Positions 49,456 to 59,307 of a DNA stretch of 64,000 bases are shown piece by piece. The notes beneath the pieces were generated by a model. The model saw only the letters and a program-made list of their open reading frames with translations. It searched no databases and was not told the DNA's origin. Where the stretch lies: the NCBI GenBank assembly GCA_018664825.1, contig JABJNO010000025.1, positions 3,022 to 67,021 of the forward strand. The letters run 5' to 3'. Each line of letters opens with the position of its first letter. Position 1 is the stretch's first letter. Position numbers and translations under genes: made by a program. Source of the DNA: Candidatus Parcubacteria bacterium (GTDB lineage Bacteria > Patescibacteriota > Patescibacteriia > UBA1558 > GWA2-36-10).

Positions 49456-49624
49456 AAAATAATTATACTAATATCGTTCTTCTGAGTCAAGTGAAGAATG
49501 TTCTTAAAAGAATCTCTTATTTTTTCAAATGACTTGATAATGCACGAGGATCTATTGATTTATAAATAAGAATAGTGTAGAATCTCCTTACCAGAATTAA
49601 CGGTTGGCGGTTCCAGCACGAGGA

Positions 49625-49741
49625 AGCCCGCCATTCGACTCGTCATAACTTTGTTATGACTCGCTCATAGTCTTCGACCACTCTTTGCTTTTGTAAATAC
49701 TTAGTGTCGAATGTTCTGAGTGAGCAGAGCGAACCAAGGGG
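49625..49741 (+). repeat. 117-bp structured direct repeat, copy 1
   Basis: Two mismatches versus 51908-52024 by manual alignment. Confidence 0.9.
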
Positions 49742-49839
49742 CACGAGAATTTCGTGCTAGCACAATGAACTAAGCACCCAAATTGGGTGTTTTTGTCTTG
49801 CTATTGGACTTTTATCAAAAAAGGTATATAATAAATAAT

Positions 49840-50019
49840 GATTTAAGATGATTGGAATAGCTACCAACTATTCTTCTGTAAATATTACAGAATCCTTGTA
49901 GTAAAGGGCTAAATCAAAAATTAATGATAAAGAGGCTTGGGTTATTATAATACTCAGGCAACTTGGGTGGAACCGCCCCTAATTGGGGTCCCGAGACTTA
50001 ATAAGTCTGGGGTTTTTTT
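49840..50019 (+). promoter_or_regulatory. T-box riboswitch leader of thrS
   Basis: Stem III (AGAGGCTTGGG..CTCAGGC), T-box AACTTGGGTGGAACCGC, antiterminator 3' strand GTCCC, overlapping terminator AGACTT-AAT-AAGTCT-GGGG-T7; TATAAT at 49827. Confidence 0.85.
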
Positions 50020-50040
50020 ATCCAAAATTAGTAAAAAAAT

Positions 50041-51795
50041 ATGCAAAATAACGAAAAAATACACAAAATACGTCATTCATTGTCTCATATCTTGGCTATG
50101 GCCATATTACGTAAATTTCCTGATGCTCAATTGGCCATTGGGCCAGTTATTGACAATGGCTTTTATTATGACTTCCTTTTGCCAGATAGTTTGTCTGAGG
50201 CTGATTTACCAAAGGTAGAAAAAGAAATGAAGAAAATAATTTCTCAGAAAATAAAATTTGAGAAAAGTGTTATTAGTAGAGAAGAGGCCTTAAAGAAATA
50301 TGAAGAACAAAATTTTAAAGTAGAGCTAATCGATGATTTGCCAAAAGACGAAAAAATAAGCTTTTATTCTTCTGGAGACTTTACTGATCTTTGCGCTGGG
50401 CCTCATGTAGAATTTAGTACCGAGATCAATCCCAAAGCTTTTAAATTGACTTCTACTGCTGGTGCTTATTGGCGTGGTGATGAAAACAGGCAAATGTTGA
50501 CTCGTGTGTATGGTGTAGCTTTTGAAAATAAAGAAGAGTTAGATGAATACCTAGCTGTTCTAGAAGAGGCCAAAAAGCGTGATCACAGAAAACTTGGTAA
50601 AGAATTAGATTTATTTTCTTTTTCAGATTTAGTGGGTTCTGGTCTGCCACTTTGGAGTCCCAAAGGAACAGTTATTCGTAATGAATTACAAAAGGCTCTA
50701 CTTGAAATTAGTACAAAATACGGTGTCACTCCGGTGACTATTCCTCATATTGCTAAACGAAAATTATATGAAATATCTGGACATGCTGAAAAATTTTCTA
50801 ATGAATTAATAAAAGTTATTAGTCATTATGGTGAATTTGTTATGAAGCCAGTCAATTGCCCTCATCATACCCAAATATATGATTCTCGACCACGTAGCTA
50901 TCGTGATCTACCGATTCGCTACATGGAATCAACCATGCAATATCGTGATGAAAAACCAGGAGAAATATCTGGTCTGACCAGAGTTCGTTCTATCACAGTA
51001 GATGATGGTCATACCTTTTGCCTACCCGATCAAATCAAACAAGAGGCCAAAAATTTAGCAAGTATTATCAAAGAATTCTACGGTAATTTAGGTTTATTTG
51101 GCCAGCACTGGGTTTCACTTTCAGTTCGTGATCCAGAAAAACCAGAAGCTTATATTGGCGACTTAAAGGATTGGGAAAAAAGCGAAAAAATGCTAGCTGA
51201 ATTATCTGACGAATTAAAACTTAATGCTAAACGTGTAGAGGGCGAAGCTGCTATATATGGGCCTAAGTTAGACTATATGTTTAAAGATTCATTAGGTCGA
51301 GAATGGCAATTAGCTACTATTCAGCTTGATTTTGCTATGCCCAAAAGATTTGAATTGACCTATACAGATAAAGATGGCAAAAATAAAACACCCGTCATGA
51401 TTCATCGGGCTATTCTTGGTTCCTATGAAAGATTTTTGGCTATATTAATTGAGCATTATGCGGGAGCTTTTCCAGTTTGGCTAGCCCCAGTACAGATAAA
51501 AATTATTTCTGTTGGAGAAGGTCATATTGAATATTGTCAAAAATTGGCTACTAAATTTATGGCCGAGAACATACGTGTTGAGCTAGATACTTCTGATGAA
51601 ACAGTCGGCAACAAAATACGTAAATCATCTCAGGAAAAGATATCATACACCTTGGTAATTGGTGACAAGGAGATGGATTCTAAAGATTTGGCTGTTAGAG
51701 TACGTGGTAAAAAAGATTTATTAAATATTGACCAAGAAGAATTTATCACAAAAATAAAAACAAACATAAAAAATCGTAGTTTGGAGCTTTTATAA
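50041..51795 (+). CDS. thrS: Threonine--tRNA ligase lacking the N-terminal TGS domain
   Basis: RHSLSH, DLCAGPH, RDHRKLG, KPVNCP, YGPKLD, MIHRAILGS. Confidence 0.97.
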   Translation: MQNNEKIHKIRHSLSHILAMAILRKFPDAQLAIGPVIDNGFYYDFLLPDSLSEADLPKVEKEMKKIISQKIKFEKSVISREEALKKYEEQNFKVELIDDLPKDEKISFYSSGDFTDLCAGPHVEFSTEINPKAFKLTSTAGAYWRGDENRQMLTRVYGVAFENKEELDEYLAVLEEAKKRDHRKLGKELDLFSFSDLVGSGLPLWSPKGTVIRNELQKALLEISTKYGVTPVTIPHIAKRKLYEISGHAEKFSNELIKVISHYGEFVMKPVNCPHHTQIYDSRPRSYRDLPIRYMESTMQYRDEKPGEISGLTRVRSITVDDGHTFCLPDQIKQEAKNLASIIKEFYGNLGLFGQHWVSLSVRDPEKPEAYIGDLKDWEKSEKMLAELSDELKLNAKRVEGEAAIYGPKLDYMFKDSLGREWQLATIQLDFAMPKRFELTYTDKDGKNKTPVMIHRAILGSYERFLAILIEHYAGAFPVWLAPVQIKIISVGEGHIEYCQKLATKFMAENIRVELDTSDETVGNKIRKSSQEKISYTLVIGDKEMDSKDLAVRVRGKKDLLNIDQEEFITKIKTNIKNRSLELL

Positions 51796-51907
51796 TTAAT
51801 TGTTTAGATCCAAGCAAATAATAAAAAATAAGGTGCTCTAATATTTTTTGATTTATAAATAAAAATCCCTTAGATAGGGTTAACTTATGGCGGCTTCAGC
51901 CCGATGT

Positions 51908-52024
51908 AGCCCGCCATTCGACTCGTCATAACTTTGTTATGACTCGCTCATGGTCTTCGACCACTCTTTGCTTTTGTAAATACTTAGTGTCGAATGTCCT
52001 GAGTGAGCAGAGCGAACCAAGGGG
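51908..52024 (+). repeat. 117-bp structured direct repeat, copy 2
   Basis: Near-identical to 49625-49741. Confidence 0.9.
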
Positions 52025-52111
52025 TAGGAATACCATTGTTTGTGGTATTTTTTGTTTACAAACAGATTAATATTAGCTATGATAATTATATTGAGTATTT
52101 AAAATAAAAAT

Positions 52112-52285
52112 ATGGGAAAAGAAAAAGGAGCTGAAGGCGCAATCTATGGATTGGGTTTTATCGGTGCAGTAGTGTATTATATTCAACATGCAGATTCTTT
52201 TGCAACTGGAGTTATAGGCTTTCTAAAAGCATTGGTTTGGCCAGCAATGGTCGTGTACAAAGTGCTTGAATATTTGAATATGTAA
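52112..52285 (+). CDS. 57-aa two-TM membrane microprotein (below the ORF-track cutoff)
   Basis: MGKEKGAEGAIYGLGFIGAVVYYIQHADSFATGVIGFLKALVWPAMVVYKVLEYLNM; followed by a terminator. Confidence 0.75.
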   Translation: MGKEKGAEGAIYGLGFIGAVVYYIQHADSFATGVIGFLKALVWPAMVVYKVLEYLNM

Positions 52286-52287
52286 AC

Positions 52288-52314
52288 TAAAAATACGGCG
52301 TAAGCCGTATTTTT
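52288..52314. terminator. Bidirectional terminator
   Basis: AAAAATACGGC-GTAA-GCCGTATTTTT. Confidence 0.75.
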
Positions 52315-52963
52315 AGTTTTTGGCAATTACTAAACAGATTATTTTTTGGTGACCAATATTTTTGAGGGCTAACGCCGCTTGATTGAGAGTGGAACCAGTT
52401 GTAGCTATATCATCTATCAAGACTATGCTAGGGGCGTCGTGAGTTAGGTCTGTGCTCAAAGCTTCAAAAACTCCTTTTACATTTTTTTGTCGAGCTGTTT
52501 TTGATAGCTGAGCCTGAGTCTTTGTTTGCTTGATGCGTTTCAAAAGAGGGGAGTATTTCAGATCTAGCTTTTTGGCTAGTTTTTTTGCCAAAATTTCTGT
52601 TTGATCAAAGCCGCGTTGTTTTTTCTTTTTATTATGTAGAGGTATGTTGCTTATGATTGTATTTTTATCAAGCCCAGCTCTACGGGCTTGCTTTTCTAAA
52701 ATAGTTACCAAAAAATCAGCCATATTTTCTAAATAAGAATATTTGTATTTTTTTAGTATCTTTTGGACTATTTCATTTTGGTAATCACAGCAAACTAGAC
52801 ACTCTTCAAAATAAAAGTTATCTTCAGGCCATTTTATAGTAGCTTGTTCTTTGAGGATTATGTCATTTAGACAATAAGCACAACAAATAGAGCCCTCTCT
52901 ATTGCATCCTAGGCAAAATTGAGGCCAAATAAAATCAAGTAAATTTTTTAGTAAATTTATCAT
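52313..52963 (-). CDS. comF: ComF family protein (Zn ribbon plus PRTase-like domain)
   Basis: CLGC..CAYC, RGFDQ, LIDDIATTGSTL; probable ATG at 52963. Confidence 0.9.
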   Translation of the reverse strand: MINLLKNLLDFIWPQFCLGCNREGSICCAYCLNDIILKEQATIKWPEDNFYFEECLVCCDYQNEIVQKILKKYKYSYLENMADFLVTILEKQARRAGLDKNTIISNIPLHNKKKKQRGFDQTEILAKKLAKKLDLKYSPLLKRIKQTKTQAQLSKTARQKNVKGVFEALSTDLTHDAPSIVLIDDIATTGSTLNQAALALKNIGHQKIICLVIAKN

Positions 52964-52989
52964 CGCTTTTCTTCTTATGTTTTTCAAAC

Positions 52990-55464
52990 CTATTTAATCG
53001 CTATTTTTCCTTTTTGAACTTGCACGGTTATTTTTTTGGTATTTTGATTGTTCAACAAATGGGTAGCTACTGGATTGGTGATGTGCTGGTCTACTAGTCT
53101 TTTTAGGCTACGAGCACCTTCTTTGACTGGGGTCTTGGTTTTTAGGATGTGATTTACCACTTTACCATCAAATTCGATGCAAAGGTTTTGTTCAAACAAT
53201 TTTTCAGCTAGTGATCCAATTTCTTTTTTTACTATCCGTCGAGCAGATTTTTTGTCCAATGAATCAAAAGCAATGATATTGTCCAAACGATTGGTAAATT
53301 CAGGAGGGAAACGCTTGTGTAAAGACTTGGTTATTTTTTGTGTAGTATTTTTAAAATTCTTTTCTTTCTCTTCTTTACTTTCTATATCAAATCCCAAATT
53401 TGCTTCTTGGTTGAATTTTTCCAAACCAATATTTGAAGTCATTACTATGATACAATTACGGAAGTTTACTGTCCGTCCAGTAGCATCTGTCAGCTCTCCT
53501 TCTTCCAAAACAGGTAATAAAAGGTTAAATACTTCTTTGTGAGCCTTTTCTATCTCATCAAATAAAATCAGCGTGTAGGGCTTGTTTTTTACTATGTCAG
53601 TGAATTTGTTGCCTTCTTTGTAGCCAACATAGCCAGCTGGTGCGCCAATTAGTTTGGAAATATTGAATTTTTCAGAAAATTCGGACATATCTATGCGAAG
53701 CATGTTGTGTTGGCCACCAAATACATGATGAGCTATTTGTTTGGCTGCAAATGTCTTGCCAACTCCACTTGGTCCCAAAAACATAAAAGAGGCCATTGGT
53801 TTGTTTTTGTCTTGTAGTCCAGTTTTTGATTTGCGGATAGTTTGAGAAATAGTAGACAAGGCTTTTTCTTGTCCAAAAATTTCTTTAGCAATATTTTTTT
53901 CTAGATCAAGTAATTTTTTACCTTCATTGGTACTAATAGAGGATAGAGGTACGCCAGTCATGTCGGCAATAATTTCTTTTATGTGTTGGCTGCTGATATT
54001 ACCCAAAGAATTCTGACTCATCTCTTCTTCTTTGTTTTTTAGGCGAGCCAATTCTTTTAGTAAAGTATCTTCTCTTTTTTTATGCTCTAGTGCCTCGATA
54101 TATTCTTCATTGTAGATAGATTGTCTTTTTGTGTTTTGAATGACGTCTATTTCATCTACTAGTTTTTTGATTTTTTTACTCAGACTTTTTTTGGTATGTC
54201 TTACCTTGAAGCGAGAAGCCGCTTCATCAATCAGGTCGATAGCCTTGTCTGGTAATTTTTTGTCTGGTAAAAATCTTTTACTCAAAAGTACAGCATGCTT
54301 CAAAGCATCTTCGTCAATAGATACCTTATGAAATTTTTCATAATTTTTTTTGATGCCTTGTAATATTTCGTAGGTTTCATCTTCGGTTGATTCATCTATT
54401 ATAATAGATTGGAAGCGTCTTTCTAAGGCACGGTCGCTTTCTATGTGTTTTTTGTATTCTTCAAAAGTAGTAGCTCCAATACAACGTAAATGACCTCTAG
54501 CTAAGGCGGGCTTCAAAATATTAGCCGCATCTAGCGAACCACTAGTAGCGCCAGCACCCATGATAGTGTGCAATTCATCAATAAACAAAATGGTATTTGG
54601 ATTGCTTTTTATGTCGTTTATGACCTGTTTTAAGCGGTTTTCAAACTCTCCACGGTACATTGTGCCGGCTATTAAAGAAGAAATGTCTAGATTCAGAATT
54701 GTTTTGTTTAGCAAGACATCAGGAACCTTATTTTCGGTAATTCGTTTGGCTAGACCTTCTATAATAGCGGTTTTACCAACTCCGGGGTCACCCAGGAGGA
54801 CGGGATTATTTTTAGTGCGACGTGATAATATCTCTATCAAGCGATCAATCTCTCTAGCCCTACCTATCACAGGATCGATATCTTTTTGGATTTCTTTGTT
54901 GGTGAGGTTTACAGTAAAGTTTTCCAAGGTGTTTGATTCTTGATTGTGGTCATCAAAAATATGATCAACTTCTTTGATTTCATCTTCAGCTGCCAAGTCA
55001 CTAAACTTGGAAGTGCTTTTCATGATTAGATTTAGATGTTGCCTCAGGCTGTGTGTATTTATTTTTGCTTTTTGCAAAGTTTTGGTAATATTTTCATTTT
55101 CACTATGACTCAATCCCCACAAAAGATGCTCGGTACCAATATATTTGTGTTGATGTTTATAAGCTGTGATGACAGCTTTTTCAATAATTTTTTGAGATTC
55201 ATCAGAGGGCTGAGGCATAATTTCAGCATCAACAGAAGCATTTTGGTGGCTACTCATAATGGTAATGGAATTTGCAAAAGCAGGGTCGATTTTTTGTTTT
55301 ACCAAAATATCAGATCCTAGCGATCCTTTTGTTTTTACCAATGAAATCAATAGATCCTGTGGTTCAATAAACTCTCTTTTCTTGAAGTAGGCAAGATTTT
55401 GAGCATTGATCAGCACCTTTTTGAAGTGGTATGTGAATTTGTTTAGTATATTATGTGATTGCAT
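52990..55464 (-). CDS. clpC: ATP-dependent Clp protease ATP-binding subunit (ClpC-like)
   Basis: Clp_N repeats, GDPGVGKT and GPSGVGKT AAA+ modules, short UVR-like middle coil. Confidence 0.88.
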   Translation of the reverse strand: MQSHNILNKFTYHFKKVLINAQNLAYFKKREFIEPQDLLISLVKTKGSLGSDILVKQKIDPAFANSITIMSSHQNASVDAEIMPQPSDESQKIIEKAVITAYKHQHKYIGTEHLLWGLSHSENENITKTLQKAKINTHSLRQHLNLIMKSTSKFSDLAAEDEIKEVDHIFDDHNQESNTLENFTVNLTNKEIQKDIDPVIGRAREIDRLIEILSRRTKNNPVLLGDPGVGKTAIIEGLAKRITENKVPDVLLNKTILNLDISSLIAGTMYRGEFENRLKQVINDIKSNPNTILFIDELHTIMGAGATSGSLDAANILKPALARGHLRCIGATTFEEYKKHIESDRALERRFQSIIIDESTEDETYEILQGIKKNYEKFHKVSIDEDALKHAVLLSKRFLPDKKLPDKAIDLIDEAASRFKVRHTKKSLSKKIKKLVDEIDVIQNTKRQSIYNEEYIEALEHKKREDTLLKELARLKNKEEEMSQNSLGNISSQHIKEIIADMTGVPLSSISTNEGKKLLDLEKNIAKEIFGQEKALSTISQTIRKSKTGLQDKNKPMASFMFLGPSGVGKTFAAKQIAHHVFGGQHNMLRIDMSEFSEKFNISKLIGAPAGYVGYKEGNKFTDIVKNKPYTLILFDEIEKAHKEVFNLLLPVLEEGELTDATGRTVNFRNCIIVMTSNIGLEKFNQEANLGFDIESKEEKEKNFKNTTQKITKSLHKRFPPEFTNRLDNIIAFDSLDKKSARRIVKKEIGSLAEKLFEQNLCIEFDGKVVNHILKTKTPVKEGARSLKRLVDQHITNPVATHLLNNQNTKKITVQVQKGKIAIK

Positions 55465-55473
55465 ATTTTTTTA

Positions 55474-56349
55474 TTACATTTTTCTCAACGCACTTACTCT
55501 TTCTTGTATAGGAGGGTGGGTTGAAAAGAATTTATTTTGTTTTTTCTTTCCCTTGAACGGGCTTGAGATATAAAGATGGGCGGTTGCTTTGTTGGCATTT
55601 TTGAGAGGAGTATTTTGTTTGCTGATTTTTTCCAAAGCCGTAGCCAGACCTTCTGGGTAGCGAGTAAGTAAAGCTCCTGATGCATCTGCCAAAAATTCTC
55701 GTTTTCTAGATACTGCGAGTTGGATAAGTTTGGCGAAAAGAGGGGATAGTACAGCTAGTACCAGGCCAACAATCAATAAAATACCATTGCCTTTGTTGTC
55801 GTTACCTTTTCGGCCTCTCCAAAAGAAACTACGTAACATCCAATCAGCCAGGAGAGTGATTACTCCAACGCAGACAATCACAATCATCATCAAACGAATA
55901 TCATAGTTTTTTACATGGGATAGTTCGTGAGCTATCACACCTTCGAGCTCTTGATTTTCTAGGCCATTGATAATGCCGGTGGTCAGGGCAATAGAAGAGT
56001 GCTCAGGATCACGTCCAGTAGCAAAAGCATTCATAGCTGGATCATTGATAATGTAGACTTTGGGCATTGGTATGCCAGCGGTGATTGATAGATTTTCTAT
56101 CATCCGCCAGACATAGGGATTGTCGTTCTTTTTTATAGCCTTGGCACCCGCTTGAGCAAGGGCAATTTTGTCTCCACCAAAAAAACTTGTTAAGCTCATG
56201 ATTATGGCTAAAGCTAGCGCAAAAAATATCATAATATAACCATCTTGGGAATAGATACTCCAGGCCCAACCAAGTCCAACGATGACCAAAATAAACAGGG
56301 TCATCAAGAGGATACTTTTTCTCTTATTACTATCAATTTGTTGATACAT
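55474..56349 (-). CDS. htpX: M48 zinc metalloprotease HtpX
   Basis: NAFATG, AHELSH, SRKREFLAD, STHPP. Confidence 0.93.
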   Translation of the reverse strand: MYQQIDSNKRKSILLMTLFILVIVGLGWAWSIYSQDGYIMIFFALALAIIMSLTSFFGGDKIALAQAGAKAIKKNDNPYVWRMIENLSITAGIPMPKVYIINDPAMNAFATGRDPEHSSIALTTGIINGLENQELEGVIAHELSHVKNYDIRLMMIVIVCVGVITLLADWMLRSFFWRGRKGNDNKGNGILLIVGLVLAVLSPLFAKLIQLAVSRKREFLADASGALLTRYPEGLATALEKISKQNTPLKNANKATAHLYISSPFKGKKKQNKFFSTHPPIQERVSALRKM

Positions 56350-56447
56350 TTTTTATTTTTAATTCAGTTTAATATAACAATATTGCTGGTCTTTTGTCAA
56401 TCATAAAACCGCCCTTCGGCTAGCCGAAAGACGGTTTAAAAATCTAT

Positions 56448-57005
56448 CTAGAATTTTACCTTAACGTTTTCTTTCTCTTCTTTGTTTTCGATTTCAAAGA
56501 AATCCCATGCTTTGAATTTGAGCATACCAACAATCATGTTGTTTGGGAAAATCTGAACCTTGGTATTGAAATCACGAACTTGTCCATTATAAAATCTTCG
56601 TGAGGCCTGAATTTTATTTTCAGTGTCAGAAATTTCATCTTGTAGCTGTAAAAAGTTTTGTGAAGCTTTTAGGTCTGGATAACCCTCAGCCACAGCAAAC
56701 AAACTTTTTAGAGTAGAGGACAACATGTTTTCCGCCTTACCCTTTTCTCCGATGCCTTTGGCCTGCATAGCAGAAGACCTAGCTTCGGTGACTTTGATTA
56801 GGACATCGTTTTCATGCTTCATGTATCCTTTGACTGTTTCCATCAAATTTGGAATCAAGTCATAACGTCTTTTTAGTTGGACATCGATATCTGACCAAGC
56901 TTCTTTGACGCGGTTGTTCAATTTGATCAAACCATTGTAGACGCCAATTAGCCATAGGACAATCAAGACCACTACAACCAATATGACGATAAGTGCTGTA
57001 CCCAT
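56448..57005 (-). CDS. lemA: LemA family protein
   Basis: AWSDIDVQLKRRYDLIPNL, YPDLKAS, SRRFYN; probable start MGTAL at 57005. Confidence 0.93.
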   Translation of the reverse strand: MGTALIVILVVVVLIVLWLIGVYNGLIKLNNRVKEAWSDIDVQLKRRYDLIPNLMETVKGYMKHENDVLIKVTEARSSAMQAKGIGEKGKAENMLSSTLKSLFAVAEGYPDLKASQNFLQLQDEISDTENKIQASRRFYNGQVRDFNTKVQIFPNNMIVGMLKFKAWDFFEIENKEEKENVKVKF

Positions 57006-57154
57006 AATAATAAATTTAATTGTTAAAGCAATTAATATAATTTTACTAAATCTTAGAGCTTTTGGCAATCTTTGAAATATTTTTATTTCAGACTGAAATG
57101 TGGTATAATATATCAAGAAATCGGAACAAAAAAATAAAAGTTAAAAATAAAAGT

Positions 57155-59260
57155 ATGTTCAAAAAAATCAATCATTGGCATTTGTCAATTTTAGTACTAA
57201 TAGCTTCGATTTTTGGTTTAATATTGGTACAAAAAGTGGTATTTGCACAATGGGAAGATCCGATTGGTTTACCTGGAGAATCAGGAGATTGGCATTTTGT
57301 AATCAATCCATTGGCTGAGGATTTAGAAATGAATAATTTTAAAATTTATGATACAGACCTAAGTATTGATCCTGCAGCTACTGACAAAATTTTGGTAAAT
57401 GACGGAAATATCAGGGTGACCAATGGACAGATTTGTCTCAATGGAGAGTGTCAGATTACCTGGCCATCTGGCGGGGGAAGTGGTGGATATTGGACAGAAA
57501 ATCCAGCTGACAGTACAGAAATTTATTATAGTGCTGGTAATGTAGGCATCGGCACATCCGATCCACTTCACAATCTATCTATTGTAAATACTACAGGAAA
57601 TCCAGAAATTACCTTTGATGATTTGGATGGAGATACTCATTGGGGCATTTACCATGATACAGGTAGCGAAGAATTGAGATTTTGGAATGATGGTACAAAT
57701 ATTTTATCTTTGAGAACTAATGGCTCAGCTGAGATGGGCTACAATACTGTCGCTACCGGAAACAATGCTATGGCTATTGGTATTGGTGCTCAAGCAACGG
57801 GAAATTATTCGGTTGCTATTGGTAATAGTGCTAGAGCTAGTGGGCAGACTTCTTTTGCTAGTGGATATCAAAGTAGGGCCACTCAAGACACTTCGACTGC
57901 TATAGGTTATTGGACAGTAGCTGACGGCCCTCAATCTGTAGCTATGGGCAGTCAGGCTAGCACGACTGCTTATTATGCAGTTGCTATAGGTAGATTGGTA
58001 GAGGCCAATGGCGCGGCTTCTGTGGCCATGGGTATAAGTTCAGTGGCTAATAGTAGTGGTTCAGTGGCTATAGGGCATCAAGTAACTGCCAATGGAGGTA
58101 GTTCTACGGCTATGGGCTACCAGACACGGGCAGTTGGAAATTATTCTTTTGCCGCAGGCTATGGCTCAGATGCAGTTGGAAATTATTCTTTTGTTGGTGG
58201 ACAAGACAACTGGGCTAGTGGTGCTGGTTCTACGGCTCTTGGTAGAGGAAATACAGCTAGCGGTGAAAAATCTTTTGCTGTTGGATTCCAAAATACAGCT
58301 AGCGGTCACGAATCAGTGGCTATGGGCAATGGTACTAGAGCTGAAGGTAATAACGCATTTTCTATGGGCGAAGATGCAGTAGCCGCGGGGCTAAATTCTA
58401 TAGCTATGGGACAAAATATACTCGCAAGTGGAATCAACTCTACAGTTATAGGCAGGGACGCAATTTCTCTTGGTATGGGTTCCGTTGCTCTTGGTCGTTA
58501 TTCAGAGGCTAGCGGTGATTATGCATTTGTATTTGGAGGAGGAGATAATATATCAGATACTGTGGCTAGTGGTAACTATTCTATAGCCATGGGTTTCAAA
58601 ACAGAGGCTACCAACAGTTATGCTGTAGCCATGGGTCAGGGCTCAATAGCTAGCGGAGAACATTCTGTAGCCATGGGAAGAAATACAAGGGCCTCAGGAG
58701 CCGCTTCTTTTGCCAATGGATATCAGGCAAACGCTGTAGGAGGAGTTTCTTTTGCTAGTGGTTGGATAGTAGATGCTGAAGGTCAATTTTCTACAGCAAT
58801 GGGCTATCAAACAAATGCTATGGGAGATTATTCTACGGCATTGGGTGTTTATGCTGATGCTAATCATAACAATTCTTATGTCATAGGCTTGGATGCGGGT
58901 AGTACTACTAGGTGTGAAAGTAGTATTGAAAATCAGTTTAAAGTTTGTGGTGATACATCTTTGGAGGGTGAGCTTTGTTTGAATGGAGATTGCATCAGTG
59001 ATTGGTCTACAGCAAGTAAATTAGAAGATTATAATATTGTTTGTACAGCTCCTAGTTTTGGTGGGGCGTGCTCTGTTAGTTGTGCGCCTGGCTTTGTACT
59101 TACATCTTGGGAATGTACAGATCATCTTGGTGGTTATTTACCGGGCGGAATTTGCATTCAAGGAGTCACAGAGGGTAGCATAATAGACACAGTAAGCCCT
59201 TTTGGTTGTCCAGATTCTCATGGTGATTGTGTTGGTAATGGAGTCTGCAGTAGACTTTAA
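57155..59260 (+). CDS. Exported adhesin-like protein with a YadA-head (Hep/Hag) repeat array
   Basis: Signal peptide ending AQW; more than 20 14-aa repeats A(S/T)G..S.AMG; VGIGT motif; Cys-rich C-terminus; probable ATG at 57155. Confidence 0.85.
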   Translation: MFKKINHWHLSILVLIASIFGLILVQKVVFAQWEDPIGLPGESGDWHFVINPLAEDLEMNNFKIYDTDLSIDPAATDKILVNDGNIRVTNGQICLNGECQITWPSGGGSGGYWTENPADSTEIYYSAGNVGIGTSDPLHNLSIVNTTGNPEITFDDLDGDTHWGIYHDTGSEELRFWNDGTNILSLRTNGSAEMGYNTVATGNNAMAIGIGAQATGNYSVAIGNSARASGQTSFASGYQSRATQDTSTAIGYWTVADGPQSVAMGSQASTTAYYAVAIGRLVEANGAASVAMGISSVANSSGSVAIGHQVTANGGSSTAMGYQTRAVGNYSFAAGYGSDAVGNYSFVGGQDNWASGAGSTALGRGNTASGEKSFAVGFQNTASGHESVAMGNGTRAEGNNAFSMGEDAVAAGLNSIAMGQNILASGINSTVIGRDAISLGMGSVALGRYSEASGDYAFVFGGGDNISDTVASGNYSIAMGFKTEATNSYAVAMGQGSIASGEHSVAMGRNTRASGAASFANGYQANAVGGVSFASGWIVDAEGQFSTAMGYQTNAMGDYSTALGVYADANHNNSYVIGLDAGSTTRCESSIENQFKVCGDTSLEGELCLNGDCISDWSTASKLEDYNIVCTAPSFGGACSVSCAPGFVLTSWECTDHLGGYLPGGICIQGVTEGSIIDTVSPFGCPDSHGDCVGNGVCSRL

Positions 59261-59307
59261 TAAGCATATAAAATTTTAAAATATAAAAAATTAAATAAAA
59301 TAAGAGT

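Noticed and set aside
49600-49635. Twister or hammerhead ribozyme in the GCGG..AAGCCCGC hairpin and the CTGAGTGAG segment
   Set aside because: Required pseudoknot partners and the exact CUGANGA/GAAA core could not be found
49937-50218. 93-aa ORF as a thrS leader peptide
   Set aside because: TTG start inside T-box Stem III and out-of-frame overlap with thrS; the T-box explains the region
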